Shown in pieces: positions 26,723-40,650 of a stretch of DNA of 64,000 bases. Each line of letters begins with the position of its first letter. Position 1 is the stretch's first letter. Below the pieces are notes generated by a model. That model made no database searches, was not told where the DNA came from, and saw only the letters and a program-made list of their open reading frames with translations. The position numbers and the translations under genes were made by a program. This stretch comes from Tubiluchus corallicola. Its lineage: Eukaryota; Animalia; Priapulida. The DNA lies in NCBI GenBank assembly GCA_030141605.1, contig JAQGDQ010000884.1:1-64000 (forward strand), read 5' to 3'.

Positions 26723-29700
26723 ATGGATTGGTACATTAAGCTTTACGAAGGCTCAAGTTTCTCAGCCACGTATGCAAGGTATCGGCCAAGCATGTCTGGT
26801 TGCCTTGTAAGAAAAATAATGGAATTTCTGGATGGTGATTTCAAGGCCGATTCAAAGAACGTAAGTAAATCATTGGTTTTTTTTCTACTGACCATGTTTG
26901 TTAAAACATGCAACACTAATCAGAAAATACTTTTGACGTCTTAAATATTCTGTAATTAAAGTGCGTTAATGACTGTCTTGCAAGTATCTCCCTGCCAGAC
27001 CATCCGGTTCAAGAAAGATTGCGCATTTGCATTTTGATTACAGCACATGTTTCTGCTTAAGAACTTTCAAACGTAGTATTGAATCAACGAAATCAGTGCG
27101 GACCCTTTTTTATGCAAGAAAATTAGATTTCTTCCAATACAGGCCTTCACTTTAGAACAATTTCACTTTATTTTACTTTGAACATGAAGGATTGAGATAT
27201 CTGAGCATTGTTGTTCGATTCCTAAGTGAATTGAGAACCTATGTTAAGACTGTTTATGTTAAAACTTTAGTTAATCGGATTGGACGCCTTTGCTTTTCGA
27301 AGCCACAGCTGAAACCATGAAATTCTTTCAGTGTCTAAACATCTATAAGCGTTTTTCATTTTTTTCCCTAATTTTTCTGATTTTTTTGTTACATTTTAGA
27401 TGAGCATAAAGAGCTCACGTAGTTCTCTTGTAATTTAATAATTTAAACCTGTAATTTTTTGCAGAAGATATTTGATCATGCCGTTGACGCTGGTTGCGGA
27501 ACTGGTCAAAGCACCCGAGCTTTTGCTCCGTATTTTTCAAACATAACAGGTAGTCATATATGTGGCTTCTAGTAAATGAGCTTTTTACTTGCCCACCTTT
27601 GCTTTGAAATGTGAGTGTATCAATGTCAGTTTGTCTGATATCCTAATGTCTAGTAGTGAAGCATTAGTTTGCAAGGTAGGCGTAATGTATTTTAATCATT
27701 AGTGGTAAATTTTATTTGGGTTCATTGAAACATAAACTAAGCACGGTAGAGACTTTAATTGAAATCATAAAATTTGCTGAAAACCACTCAGACATGCTAG
27801 GACAAAGACAAGGACAGAAATCTTTTAAAAACCAACATCATAATAGTAACTCAACTGCAGTGGACCGTCTCCAGTGATATTACAGGCTATCAGTTATCAT
27901 CATAATGTGTAACAATATTATCACAGTGCTTAACGACATGGGTAGGGTTAACATATTGTCTGAGAAGAAGACACTTTTTCGCACACTTGTAAGTAGACAA
28001 AAATGACCAGTCTAGGGTCTATTAAAACAATGTAAAATAAAATGCAAATTATAGTCACAAAGTCGCCTGCTTCTTCTTGGCTCTCAGAAGCAGTTACGCT
28101 TGAACTTGACTGAGCCAGAGGCTGAGATCAAGAATACTTTTTTCGACTGCACAAGGGTTGCATTTTGAGATGTTAGCAACATCTTGTATTGAAAATTAAC
28201 GAGCTTTTCTTTCTCTCGTACTATCGTACGCCTCTGCAGTTGGCAACATTCGTATATACTTACAAATTGAGGCAAAACCTGGACGAACCGCTGATTTTTT
28301 GAAAACTGACAAAAAAATTATGTTTCTGTGTGTCATTCTTTATCACCATTTAAGTCAGTCACCAAATACGAAGCTCACTGGCTTAAAATGCTAAAAATAT
28401 ATGTAAGAATCACAAGTCTTGACCAACTATTTGTGTGACAAACTCAGTTTAACAACATTTCTGTATTCCTCTTCACTTTAATTGGTGGGGGCAATAAAAC
28501 TTGCCAATTTATAATTGTTAGGGCTATAAAACTTGCCAATTTATAGGTGTTTGTGAAATACAACTTGCCAATTTATAATTGTTAGGGCTATAAAACTTGC
28601 CAATTTATAATTGTTAGGGCTATAAAACTTGCCAATTTATAGGTGTTTGTGAAATACAACTTGCCAATTTATAATTGTTAGGGCTATAAAACTTGCCAAT
28701 TTATAATTGTTAGGGCTATAAAACTTGCCAATTTATAATTGTTAGGGCTATAAAACTTGCCAATTTATAATTGTTAGGGCTATAAAACTTGCCAATTTAT
28801 AATTGTTAGGGCTATAAAACTTGCCAATTTATAATTGTTAGGCATAAAACTTGCCAATTTATATGTTGGATAAACTTGCCAATTTATAATTGTTAGGGCT
28901 ATAAAACTTGCCAATTTATAATTGTTAGGGCTATAAAACTTGCCAATTTATAATTGTTAGGGCTATAAAACTTGCCAATTTATAATTGTTAGGGCTATAA
29001 AACTTGCCAATTTATAGGTGTTTGTGAAATACAACTTGCCAATTTATAGGTGTTCTAAAGAAAGTATCTATGCAGTCTTTAAAATTCATTAAATGATACG
29101 TGCATACTTTAATTATAAGCTCTTGTTCAGCTGCAACTTGGACGAGTGTTTATGTGTATAGCATTTTATGATAAACCGTGTTTTATTTCACTCATTGACA
29201 TTTACCTAAAGGTTTACGATGTTCTTTTTATTAATATGTTTTCAAGGTATTGACGTGAGTTCTAGTCAAGTAGAAGCTGCTCAACAAAATGAAACATTCA
29301 AGCATATTTCATATAGGTAAGTTTTTTTTTATTTCCTGACAGTTATGTTTGCTAACAGGTAACAACTGCTAATGATTTTTGTTAACATGTTGGTAATTAA
29401 ATAGGTGATATTAATTACACGTCAGAAAACATTAAAACCAACATACGAACATGAAGATTTTATTTCACATTATTTCTGTCATGCTTCGTTTTTGGATTAT
29501 TGCTCTCATGTTACCTATTGTAGGCAAGTGTTCATTTAACAGTTTGCACACTTGGGCAGGCACAGGTGTGGTCATTGCCCTTTGTTGTAAGTCTAGTTAC
29601 ACTGAATTGTTGCAAGTTGTCAGCCTCATAATTTCCATGGGAATTTTTTCCAGTAGAAGATAATCAGTATAAGTAAGAATGAGAACGAGGTGATCATATA

Positions 29701-32700
29701 TACCACTGAAACATATAATTTTGAGAAAATCACTGTTAAAGTCAGCCATTGTTTTTTGTTGCATTTCTTGAAAACATTTGGCAAACGTACAAATGTTTGG
29801 TTTTTACAAAATACAAAAAATTGACATTTGACCAAATATTTGTGTCATTCTACTTTGAAGCATCATAACGTAGTTTTAACTATGCCGACTTAAGGACAGT
29901 TTTGGTTTGCAAGCACACATGTTACTGGTCAAAGATGTCTTATTCAAGGCATTCGTGTCAAGTAACTTCAGAAAATTTAAAGCGAATTTAGAACATTAAA
30001 GCATGTGTCGTACGGCTATATTACTAGGTCAGGAATAGAAATTTGTGTGTGTAATAAATGACCTTAGATGAGTGGTGGTTAAGCTTGCACCTTGAGGGAT
30101 ACCCCAAAAATTGTACTTCATGCTCATATTTTTGTGTAATAATTCATTTTGTATTTGCAGAGTTGGAACGGCAGAAGAGCTGCCTTTTCTAGCAAACAGC
30201 ATTGACTTAGTTAATACCACTCAGGCGGTGCACTGGTTTGATTTTTCAAATTTTTTCACTGAGGTGGATCGGGTTTTGAAGCCTGGTGGGGTGTTGTCAA
30301 TAAATACTTATGGTGTAGTGCCTCGCTTGTACAGCCTTACTGATGACAGCAAGTCCGCCAAGCTGACTGAAATCATGCAAAACGTATGTATGACAAATTA
30401 TTTGTCTTTTCTTCACTGGTTTAGCAATTGTACTGGTTCTGAATATCACAAGTTTGTGCTATTCACCAGCTGGTTTTTACATACTGGTTGAGCATTTGTA
30501 TTGGGTCTGAATATCCCAAGTTTGTGCAATTCACCAGCTGGCTTTTACATACTGGTTGAGCATTTGTACTGGTTCTGAATATCACAAGTTTGTGCTATTC
30601 ACCAGCCAGCTTTTACATACTGGTTGAGCATTTGTATTGGTTCTGAATATCACAAGTTTGTGCTATTCACCAGCTGGTTTTTACATACTGGTTGAGCATT
30701 TGTATTGGTTCTGAATATCACAAGTTTGTACTATTCACCAGCCAGCTTTTACATACTGGTTGAGCATTTGTATTGGTTCTGAATATCCCAAGTTTGTGCA
30801 ATTCACCAGCTGGCTTTTACATACTGGTTGAGCATTTGTACTGGTTCTGAATATCACAAGTTTGTGCTATTCACCAGCTGGCTTTTACATACTGGTTGAG
30901 CATTTGTATTGGTTCTGAATACGTTTGTACTATTCACCAGCACACATACGGTGAGTGTATTGTTCGAATATCCCAAGTTTGTGCAATTCACCAGCTGTTA
31001 CATCGGTTGAGCATTTGTACGGTTCTGAATATCACAAGTTTGTGCTATTCACCAGCTGGCTTTTACATACTGGTTGAGCATTTGTATTGGTTCTGAATAT
31101 CACAAGTTTGTGCTCTTCACTAGCTGGCTTTTACTTACTGGTTGAGCATTTGTATTGGTTCTGAATATCACAAGTTTGTGCTCTTCACCAGCTGGTTTTT
31201 ACATACTGGTTGAGCATTTGTATTGGTTCAGAATATCACAAGTTTGTACTATTCACCAGCTGGTTTTTACATACTGGTTGAGCATTTGTATTGGTTGGTT
31301 CAGAATATCACAAGTTTGTACTATTCACCAGCTGGTTATTCGTTTAGAAAACAAGACAATATCTCACTACCCTAGAACTTGAAAATTTTTTAAAATTTAT
31401 GTTGAAATTTTTCTGTTTCCGGATGCTGTTGTTAAATTCCGGGTAATTCTTGATATATTGAAATATTTTATTAGTTGAGGATTTTTCGTAAGACACCAAA
31501 CATTTATATTGATGAGTGACTAATGATGTTTCAGATTCGTGTGAAGACGCTGAAAGATTATTGGGCTAAAGACAGAGACAAGCTAGATGAGTTTTACAAT
31601 GAATTAGTGATTCCCTATGAAACTCAATGTGCATTCAGGTGAGAGCTTAGTGTCTACAATGTTTTCACATTGTTCACAAAGTTAAGCAGTGCTAGGCCTA
31701 GTTAGTACATATACGAGTGACAGCCATATGAAGAATGTATCACCATTAAACCTTGGTTGAAACACCTCTGATGGTTCAGTGTTTCATCTTGGAGGCACAT
31801 CCTGAATAATAAGCTGTGTCGACAGTGAGTATCTACATTTACCATTAAGTATTGGCTCCCAGCTAGCAGTGACTAGAAAGAAATCTAGAAATGACTATTG
31901 TGCCTGACTGTTGTTACCATCCCCAATGTATTTAAATTTTAGTACCAAACTTGGGAGACAAGAAATGGTAAAAAGTTGGGATACAGCCGGCATTTGAACT
32001 GGGGACATTTTCTTTACAATGCAGATGCTTTTGACCATTTGGACTCTGTGCCTCCCAGTGGTCAAAGCAGACAAAAGTTCATCACTTATAGCTAGTTTCC
32101 ACGTCATTTGAAATAGTGGCATTTCCAAGCTCATATTTTTAAATAGTTCATGCAGTACATTGTCAAGATTAGTGGTGACACCTTTTGGCAATTTTTGTTG
32201 TTAAAGGAGACAAAAGTCATAGCTGCTTCCATGACGATGCCATCATATACAGTACTTGTCATCAGTTATGTAAGTAGCAGTGTCGTAACTGTTGTTGTTT
32301 TCAGAGATGACTGTAAACTTAGTGTCAAATTTGGTGATGAAGACGTTGTAACCATAGCAACTGTAGTAAACTACTTATCATCTTTGACTTCTTATCATAA
32401 CTATTTGAGGAAAACAATGGATACCGGATTACTCCTGAGAATTCAAAACGAGTAAATAAATCATTACCATTTGAAACATAAACATAAACCACAAACATTC
32501 TAAATACTGACATTCAAAAGACTGACATTCTAAATACTGACATTCAAAAGATTGACATTCAAGACTGACATTTAAAAGACTGACATTCTAAATACTGACA
32601 TTCAAAAGATTGACATTCAAGACTGACATTCAAAGACTGACATTCAAAAGACTGACATTCAAAGACTGACATTCAAAAGTTTGACTTTCAAAAGATTGAC

Positions 32701-35700
32701 ATTCAAAGACTGACATTCAAAAGACTGATATTCAAAGACTGACATTTAAAAGACTGACATTCAAAGACAGACATTCAAAGACTGACATTCAAAAGACTGA
32801 CATTCAAAGACAGACATTCAAAGACTGACATTCAAAGACTGACATTTAAAAGACTGACATTTAAAAGACTGACATTCAAAGACTGACATTTAAAAGACTG
32901 ACATTCAAAGACTGACATTCAAAGACTGACATTCTAAATACTGACATTCAAAAGACTGACATTCTAAATACTGACATTCAAAGACTGACATTCTAAATAC
33001 TGACATTCAAAAGACTGACATTCTAAATACTGACATTCAAAAGACTGACATTCAAAAGACTGACATTCTAAATACTGACATTCAAACGACTGACATTCTA
33101 AATACTGACATTCAAAAGACTGACATTCTAAATACTGACATTCAAAAGACTGACATTCTAAATACTGACATTCAAAACTGAGACTGACATTCAAAAGACT
33201 GACATTCTAAATACTGACATTCAAAAGACTGACATTCAAAAGACTGACAATCAAAAGACTGACATTCAAAAGTTTGACATTCAAAAGACTGACTTTCAAA
33301 AGATTGACATTCAAAGACTGACATTCAAAAGACTGATATTCAAAGACTGACATTTAAAAGACTGACATTCAAAGACAGACATTCAAAGACAGACATTCAA
33401 AGACTGACATTCAAAGACTGACATTTAAAAGACTGACATTTAAAAGACTGACATTCAAAGACTGACATTTAAAAGACTGACATTCAAAGACTGACATTCA
33501 AAAGATTGACATTCAAAGACTGACTTTCAAAAGACTGACATTCAAAAGACTGACATTCAAAAGACTGACATTCAAAGACTGACATTCAAAGACTGACATT
33601 CAAAAGATTGACATTCAAAAGATTGACATTCAAAGACTGACATTCAAAGACTGACATTCAAAGACTGACATTTAAAAGAGTGACATTCAAAGACTGACAT
33701 TTAAAAGACTGACATTCAAAGACTGACATTCAAAGACTGACATTCAAAAGACTGACATTCAAAAGACTGACATTCAAAGACTGACATTCAAAAGACTGAC
33801 ATTCAAACACTGACATTCAAATGCTGACATTCAAAGACTGACATTCAAAGACTGACATTCAAAGACTGACATTTAAAAGACTGACATTCAAAAGACTGAC
33901 ATTCAAAGACTGACATTCAAAGACTGACATTAAAAGAATGACATTCAAAAGACTGACATTCAAAAGACTGACATTCAAAGACAGACATTCAAAGACTGAC
34001 ATTCAAAGACTGACATTTAAAAGACTGACATTCAAAAGACTGACATTCAAAGACAGACATTCAAAGATTGACATTCAAAGACTGACATTTAAAAGAGTGA
34101 CATTCAAAGACTGACATTTAAAAGACTGACATTCAAAGACAGACATTCAAAGACTGACATTCAAAAGACTGACATTCAAAAGACTGACATTCAAAGACTG
34201 ACATTCAAAGACTGACATTCAAAGACTGACATTTAAAACAATGACATTTAAAAGACTGACATTTAAAAGACTGACATTCAAAAGACTGACATTCAAAGAC
34301 AGACATTCAAAGACTGACATTCAAAGATTGACATTTAAAAGAATGACATTTAAAAGACTGACATTTAAAAGACTGACATTCAAAAGACTGACATTCAAAG
34401 ACAGACATTCAAAGACTGACATTCAAAGACTGACATTCAAAAGACTGACATTCAAAAGACTGACATTCAAAGACAGACATTCAAAGACTGACATTCAAAG
34501 ATTGACATTTAAAAGAATGACATTCAAAAGACTGACATTCAAAAGACTGACATTCAAAGACTGACATTCAAAGACTGACATTCAAAGACTGACATTTAAA
34601 AGACTGACATTCAAAAGACTGACATTCAAAGACAGACATTCAAAGACTGACATTCAAAGACTGACATTTAAAAGAGTGACATTCAAAGACTGACATTTAA
34701 AAGACTGACATTCAAAGACAGACATTCAAAGACTGACATTCAAAAGACTGACATTCAAAAGACTGACATTCAAAGACGGACATTCAAAGACTGACATTCA
34801 AAGACAGACATTCAAAGACTGACATTCAAAGACTGACATTTAAAAGAGTGACATTCAAAGGCTGACATTGAAAAGACTGACTGACATTCAAAGACTGACA
34901 TTCAAACACTGACATTCAAATGCTGACATTCAAAGACTGACATTCAAAGACTGACATTCAAAGACTGACATTTAAAAGACTGACATTCAAAAGACTGACT
35001 TTCAAAGACTGACATTCAAAGACTGACATTTAAAAGAGTGACATTCAAAGACTGACATTTAAAAGACTGACATTCAAAGACAGACATTCAAAGACTGACA
35101 TTCAAAAGATTGACATTCAAAGACTGACATTCAAAATATTGACATTCAAAGACTGACATTCAAAAGATTGACATTCAAAGACTGACATTTAAAAGAGTGA
35201 CATTCAAAGACTGACATTTAAAAGACTGACATTCAAAGACAGACATTCAAAGACTGACATTCAAAAGATTGACATTCAAAGACTGACATTCAAAAGACTG
35301 ACATTCAAAGACTGACATTCAAAAGATTGACATTCAAAGACTGACATTCAAAAGACTGACATTCAAAGACTGACTTTCAAAAGACTGACATTCAAAGACT
35401 GACATTCAAAAGATTGACATTCAAAAAATTGACATTCAAAGACTGACATTCAAAGACTGACATTCAAAAGATTGACTTTCAAAACACAGAACATTTCCCT
35501 ACTGTACAAGTCTATAAAACTTGCGTTCAATTACTGACGGAAGTTTCTGCACTCGTGCACTTGCAAAAATAATTTGTTTATTTGTTTTTTGATAATAATT
35601 CCTTGTTTATAGTGACAGCACGCCGTTTATGCATCCGCTATATGAGGGGTCTTCTAGCTGAGTCACCAATGCGCATTATCATTGGCTGTTTATTCCGAGA

Positions 35701-36888
35701 ATCACGACCGACACTGATGAAAACCCAGTTGATATCGTCAAACTTGAATGACATTCAAATTTCACTCTCATTCTTGGCACCCACTCAGTCCTTCAACTCT
35801 TGACCGTGTGGATGGCCTATAGCAGCATGATTATTTTTAGATGTCACTTGCGTATCATGAATTGAACTGGTTCTTAGTGCGATAAGCAGAAAGAGGTTCA
35901 TTTTTATAAAGTAAATTTTGAAGCATGTTGTAGCAATGCAAATGGCTACACAATAATTACACAGTTATTAATTTTAATCACTTATAGTGATATTCTTTCT
36001 TCTCTATCTGATGAAATCTTAACACAATTGGTTAAAAATGGTTTCTTGAATATTGTTTAATTGTTATTTTATCAGCAAATTTGATAAACATGTGAATAAA
36101 GTAGTTTTGCATAAAGTGGAAGTTCCCACTTTAAATATCTACCTTTTATCTTAATTACATTAGCAGGGTTCCTTCAGAATTTTAAAATAAATTTCCCTGA
36201 CTTTTCCCTGGCCAAATATTGATTTACCATGACCAAGATAAGCAGAAATTGTATTACCAGTAGACGTATTCAAACATTTTTGTGTACGGACATTCATACA
36301 TATACTGATATATAATGTGTCGGCATAGTTGCAGTAGTGCTAATGAAATTACACTAATCACATTAAATAAACTTTCTTAATCCATTCATTACTTTTGCAC
36401 CAAAAATTGAAACTGGGAGCCTGTCCTAGCAAAATTTCATTTGAACACAAATCGCTGAAAAATAAGTTTGGAAAAATATTGGTTCACGGTGATTATCTTT
36501 GCAACCCTTTCCAATTTTCCTGAATTTTTGCCCCATTTTCATCATTTTCACTGACTTTTTACCAAATTATCTTTTTCCCTGACTTTTCCATTGCTTTGCA
36601 GGATTTTCCTGTGTTTTCAAGGATTTTTCCTGACAATGGAAACCCTGATTAGTCATTTTCTTTTTCTGCGCCATTAACTACAAATAACAAAAGCAAGAAA
36701 TAAACTATGATTAAGTTGTGATTTAAATGAATTAATATTGTCTGTCCTGCTGTTGCTTTTGATCTACCGTAGTAGTAAAACATGGCTATTGTTTGTTTAG
36801 ATTGTTGACAGTAATGGGAGAAGATGATCCTGAAACGGCTCGCGTCAGGGTCGCATTTCCTGTTACTCTTCTTATGGGAAAGAAATAA
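26723..36888 (+). CDS. Class I SAM-dependent methyltransferase, paralog 2, 284 aa
   Basis: Exons 26723-26860, 27465-27549, 29247-29316, 30161-30383, 31535-31638, 32305-32451, 36801-36888; same intron phases as paralog 1. Motifs [34 protein letters not shown]; identical C-terminus [12 protein letters not shown]. Confidence 0.93.
28485..29053. repeat. 32-bp minisatellite, about 17 copies
   Basis: tataaaacttgccaatttataattgttagggc with an occasional aggtgtttgtgaaatac variant. Confidence 0.95.
30413..31337. repeat. 68-bp minisatellite, about 13 copies
   Basis: ggttgagcatttgtattggttctgaatatcacaagtttgtgctattcaccagctgg... at 68-bp period; starts about 30 bp after the exon 4 donor. Confidence 0.95.
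32495..35485. repeat. 14/15-bp satellite, about 3 kb (about 200 units)
   Basis: gactgacattcaaa(a) units filling intron 6 of methyltransferase paralog 2. Confidence 0.98.
36164..36647. mobile_element. TIR MITE with 5-bp TSD (hAT5-like?)
   Basis: attag|cagggtt ... aaccctg|attag; ttttccctgac subterminal repeats at both ends. Confidence 0.75.
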
Positions 36889-37309
36889 TTTCCTCTGTCT
36901 GAGGTAGGAGGTACCTGCATGTATTCATAACTTATTGATAACTGATTATGTTGGTAATGCCTATCTTCCTCAAGACCTTGTTTAATTTTGATTGATTTTA
37001 AATATGTTAGTTCTATTTATGTGTAATTTTTTATTAAACGTCTCTATTTTACTCAAACAGAAAGAGTGAACTCATAAATACTGTTGTCGTTCTAGTGAGA
37101 ATCGACTCTTCTAGAGTGAAATTGTTTTAAATTATACTTTTTTTAAATTAAAGAGTCAAATTTAATAAAAGTGTTTGATTAGTTGTAATTTTTAAAACAC
37201 TTGATTATTATTACCCAGTTTTTGTCTTTCTAGCAATAAAAACGAAGTAATAGATATTATGTTTTGTAGAATAGGTATATAAATTTTCTTGATCTAAATC
37301 TATATTATA

Positions 37310-37500
37310 AACATGTTGCATTGAAACTTATTTCTTGGTTATTACTGGCATGAAACTTTATTATTTTCTGTTGCATATGGATCACGTGTCCCTGCTTTAA
37401 GTTATTAAGAATTATAACTTTTTAGTAGAAATTATATTCCGAATAATCTGTCATTTTTTTGGGAAGTTTTGCAAACTTTTGAAATGATTTTAACCCGAGT
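37310..37500 (+). repeat. About 200-bp direct repeat, copy 1 (copy 2 at about 40465-40650)
   Basis: ttgcattgaaac...tatggatcacgtgt...gggaagttttgcaaacttttgaaatgattttaacc occurs at both places. Confidence 0.85.
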
Positions 37501-37619
37501 AGACAATGAAGATGCTTTCTGAGCTACGCCGACAAAGTTGGTGTCATGTACGTATAGTTGTATGTATGTATTTTTTATATGCCGTACGTAAAAGGCTTCA
37601 AATTTTGAACGAGTTTAAC

Positions 37620-39587
37620 AACTTGTACTTAACTAGAATGGAAGCACTAATGTCCTTAGATCCAGCACATCCAACTTGTACTTAACTAGAATGGAAGCAC
37701 TAATGTGCTTAGATCCAGCACATCAAACTTGTACTTAACTAGAATGGAAGCACTAATGTCCTTAGATCCAGCACATCCAACCTGTACTTAACTAGAATGG
37801 AAGCACTAATGTCCTTAGATCCAGCACATCAAACTTGTACTTAACTAGAATGGAAGCACTAATGTCCTTAGATCCAGCACATCCAACTTCTACTTAACTA
37901 GAATGGAAGCACTAATGTCCTTAGATCCAGCACATCAAACTTGTACTTAACTAGAATGGAAGCACTAATGTCCTTAGATCCAGCACATCCAACCTGTACT
38001 TAACTAGAATGGAAGCACTAATGTCCTTAGATCCAGCACATCCAACTTGTACTTAACTAGAATGGAAGCACTAATGTGCTTAGATCCAGCACATCCAACT
38101 TGTACTTAACTAGAATGGAAGCACTAATGTGCTTAGATCCAGCACATCCAACCTGTACTTAACTAGAATGGAAGCACTAGTGTCCTTAGATCCAGCACAT
38201 CCAACTTGTACTTAACTAGAATGGAAGCACTAATGTGCTTAGATCCAGCACATCCAACTTGTACTTAACTAGAATGGAAGCACTAATGTGCTTAGATCCA
38301 GCACACCCAACCTGTACTTAACTAGAATGGAAGCACTAATGTGCTTAGATCCAGCACATCCAACTTGTACTTAACTAGAATGGAAGCACTAATGTCCTTA
38401 GATCCAGCACATCCAACTTGTGCTTAACTAGAATGGAAGCACTAATGTGCTTAGATCCAGCACATCCAACACCTGTACTTAACTAGAATGGAAGCACTAA
38501 TGTGCTTAGATCCAGCACATCCAACTTGTACTTAACTAGAATGGAAGCAGTAATGTGCTTAGATCCAGCACATCCAACTTGTACTTAACTAGAATGGAAG
38601 CACTAATGTCCTTAGATCCAGCACATCCAACTTGTACTTAACTAGAATGGAAGCACTAATGTGCTTAGATCCAGCACATCCAACCTGTACTTAACTAGAA
38701 TGGAAGCAGTAATGTGCTTAGATCCAGCACATCCAACTTGTACTTAACTAGAATGGAAGCAGTAATGTGCTTATATCCAGCACATCCAACTTGTACTTAA
38801 CTAGAATGGAAGCACTAATGTCCTTAGATCCAGCACATCCAACTTGTACTTAACTAGAATGGAAGCACTAATGTGCTTAGATCCAGCACATCCAACCTGT
38901 ACTTAACTAGAATGGAAGCAGTAATGTGCTTAGATCCAGCACATCCAACTTGTACTTAACTAGAATGGAAGCAGTAATGTGCTTATATCCAGCACATCCA
39001 ACTTGTACTTAACTAGAATGGAAGCACTAATGTCCTTAGATCCAGCACATCCAACTTGTACTTAACTAGAATGGAAGCACTAATGTGCTTAGATCCAGCA
39101 CATCCAACCTGTACTTAACTAGAATGGAAGCACTAATGTGCTTAGATCCAGCACATCCAACTTGTACTTAACTAGAATGGAAGCACTAATGTCCTTAGAT
39201 CCAGCACATCCAACCTGTACTTAACTAGAATGGAAGCACTAATGTTCTTAGATCCAGCACATCCAACTTGTACTTAACTAGAATGGAAGCACTAATGTGC
39301 TTAGATCCAGCACACCCAACTTGTACTTAACTAGAATGGAAGCACTAATGTGCTTAGATCCAGCACATCCAACCTGTACTTAACTAGAATGGAAGCACTA
39401 ATGTCCTTAGATCCAGCACATCCAACTTGTACTTAACTAGAATGGAAGCACTAATGTCCTTAGATCCAGCACATCCAACTTGTACTTAACTAGAATGGAA
39501 GCACTAATGTGCTTAGATCCAGCACATCCAACCTGTACTTAACTAGAATGGAAGCACTAATGTCCTTAGATCCAGCACATCCAACTT
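37620..39587. repeat. 53-bp satellite, about 37 highly homogeneous copies
   Basis: acttgtacttaactagaatggaagcactaatgtccttagatccagcacatcca at 53-bp period. Confidence 0.98.
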
Positions 39588-40464
39588 ATTTATGTTTTGT
39601 TCCAAAAGAAAATCATGGGAGGCATTTACTATTGTCCTAAATACATTTTTTTTCTAAAAATTTAAAACACGCATTGTTGAAGCAGCTCCATTTATACACG
39701 AGAATAAAAGTAACCATAAAAATTTATAGGGCTGATCCATTTGATGGGCACAGTTCATTTAGCGGGCATATTTGTTGGCCATATTGAGTAAGGTTTTCTT
39801 ATAGTCTGTCCAATCGTCCATAGTAGTATCTCCGTGCAAAAATTCAACCTCCTGTTATGAAAACTGTGGCCTGTTTTTAAGCCTTGGAAGGTAAATGTGA
39901 CTATGCCTCACCTTCCGTGTCAAACTCCAGCCTTTCCCATAAAAGTGACTGAGAGATAAATGATTTATGTTATTTATCATACTTCATTCTGCAATCTCAT
40001 TCATTATTTGTTTACTCTCTATAAGTTTATGGTTATATGAATATTCTGTTTGTGTCGGTAAGTTCTGGGAATTCTTTTTAATTTGAATAAACAAACAAAG
40101 TTAGCTGTTTTAAAAACAACAAAGTTTACCCAACTGAAAACATGTTTTTATCTGAACATTTTTGTACGTTTAGTGGAACATTGTAATTTACTTCCATAAA
40201 CAGATACTAATTCTACAATAATAATAGCTAGTGCAATATTTTAGTTGTACTTTTGTACTGTGTACGTAATTGTTTATTGTGTGTGGCTGATTGTAATATA
40301 TGCTAAATTAATATGGTTATATGCATATAACTACGTATCGTACCGTCTAGCATTGTTACTATTTTGTATCAATTATGATAATATTTTTATTGTCTATCTG
40401 TAATTTTACAGTATTTTATAAGAGTACACTATTTACAGCTTTTATTAGTCGTTGTTAAATTGTT

Positions 40465-40650
40465 AAACATCTTGCATTGAAACCCATTTCTTGGTTATTG
40501 CTGTCATGAAACTGTATTTTTTCTGTTGCATATGGATCACGTGTCTCTGCTTTAAGTTATTAAGAATTATAACTTTTTAGTAGAAATTATATTCTAAATA
40601 ATCTGTCATTTCTTGGGGAAGTTTTGCAAACTTTTGAAATGATTTTAACC
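40465..40650 (+). repeat. About 200-bp direct repeat, copy 2
   Basis: Same sequence as 37310-37500 with few substitutions. Confidence 0.85.

Noticed and set aside
31895-32191. 98-aa minus-strand ORF in a methyltransferase intron
   Set aside because: No recognisable motif or splice support; probably chance or a TE remnant.
32964-34564. Cys-rich [10 protein letters not shown] and RLTFK ORFs
   Set aside because: Translations of the 14/15-bp satellite.
35705-35750. ctgatga...gtcaaac, possible hammerhead ribozyme or Penelope end
   Set aside because: The GAAA core is missing and flanking stems do not pair convincingly.
37620-39587. CRISPR-like regular array (also 54713-55287, 58520-62555, 22745-23340)
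   Set aside because: Whole units repeat head-to-tail with no unique spacers, no cas genes, eukaryotic context.
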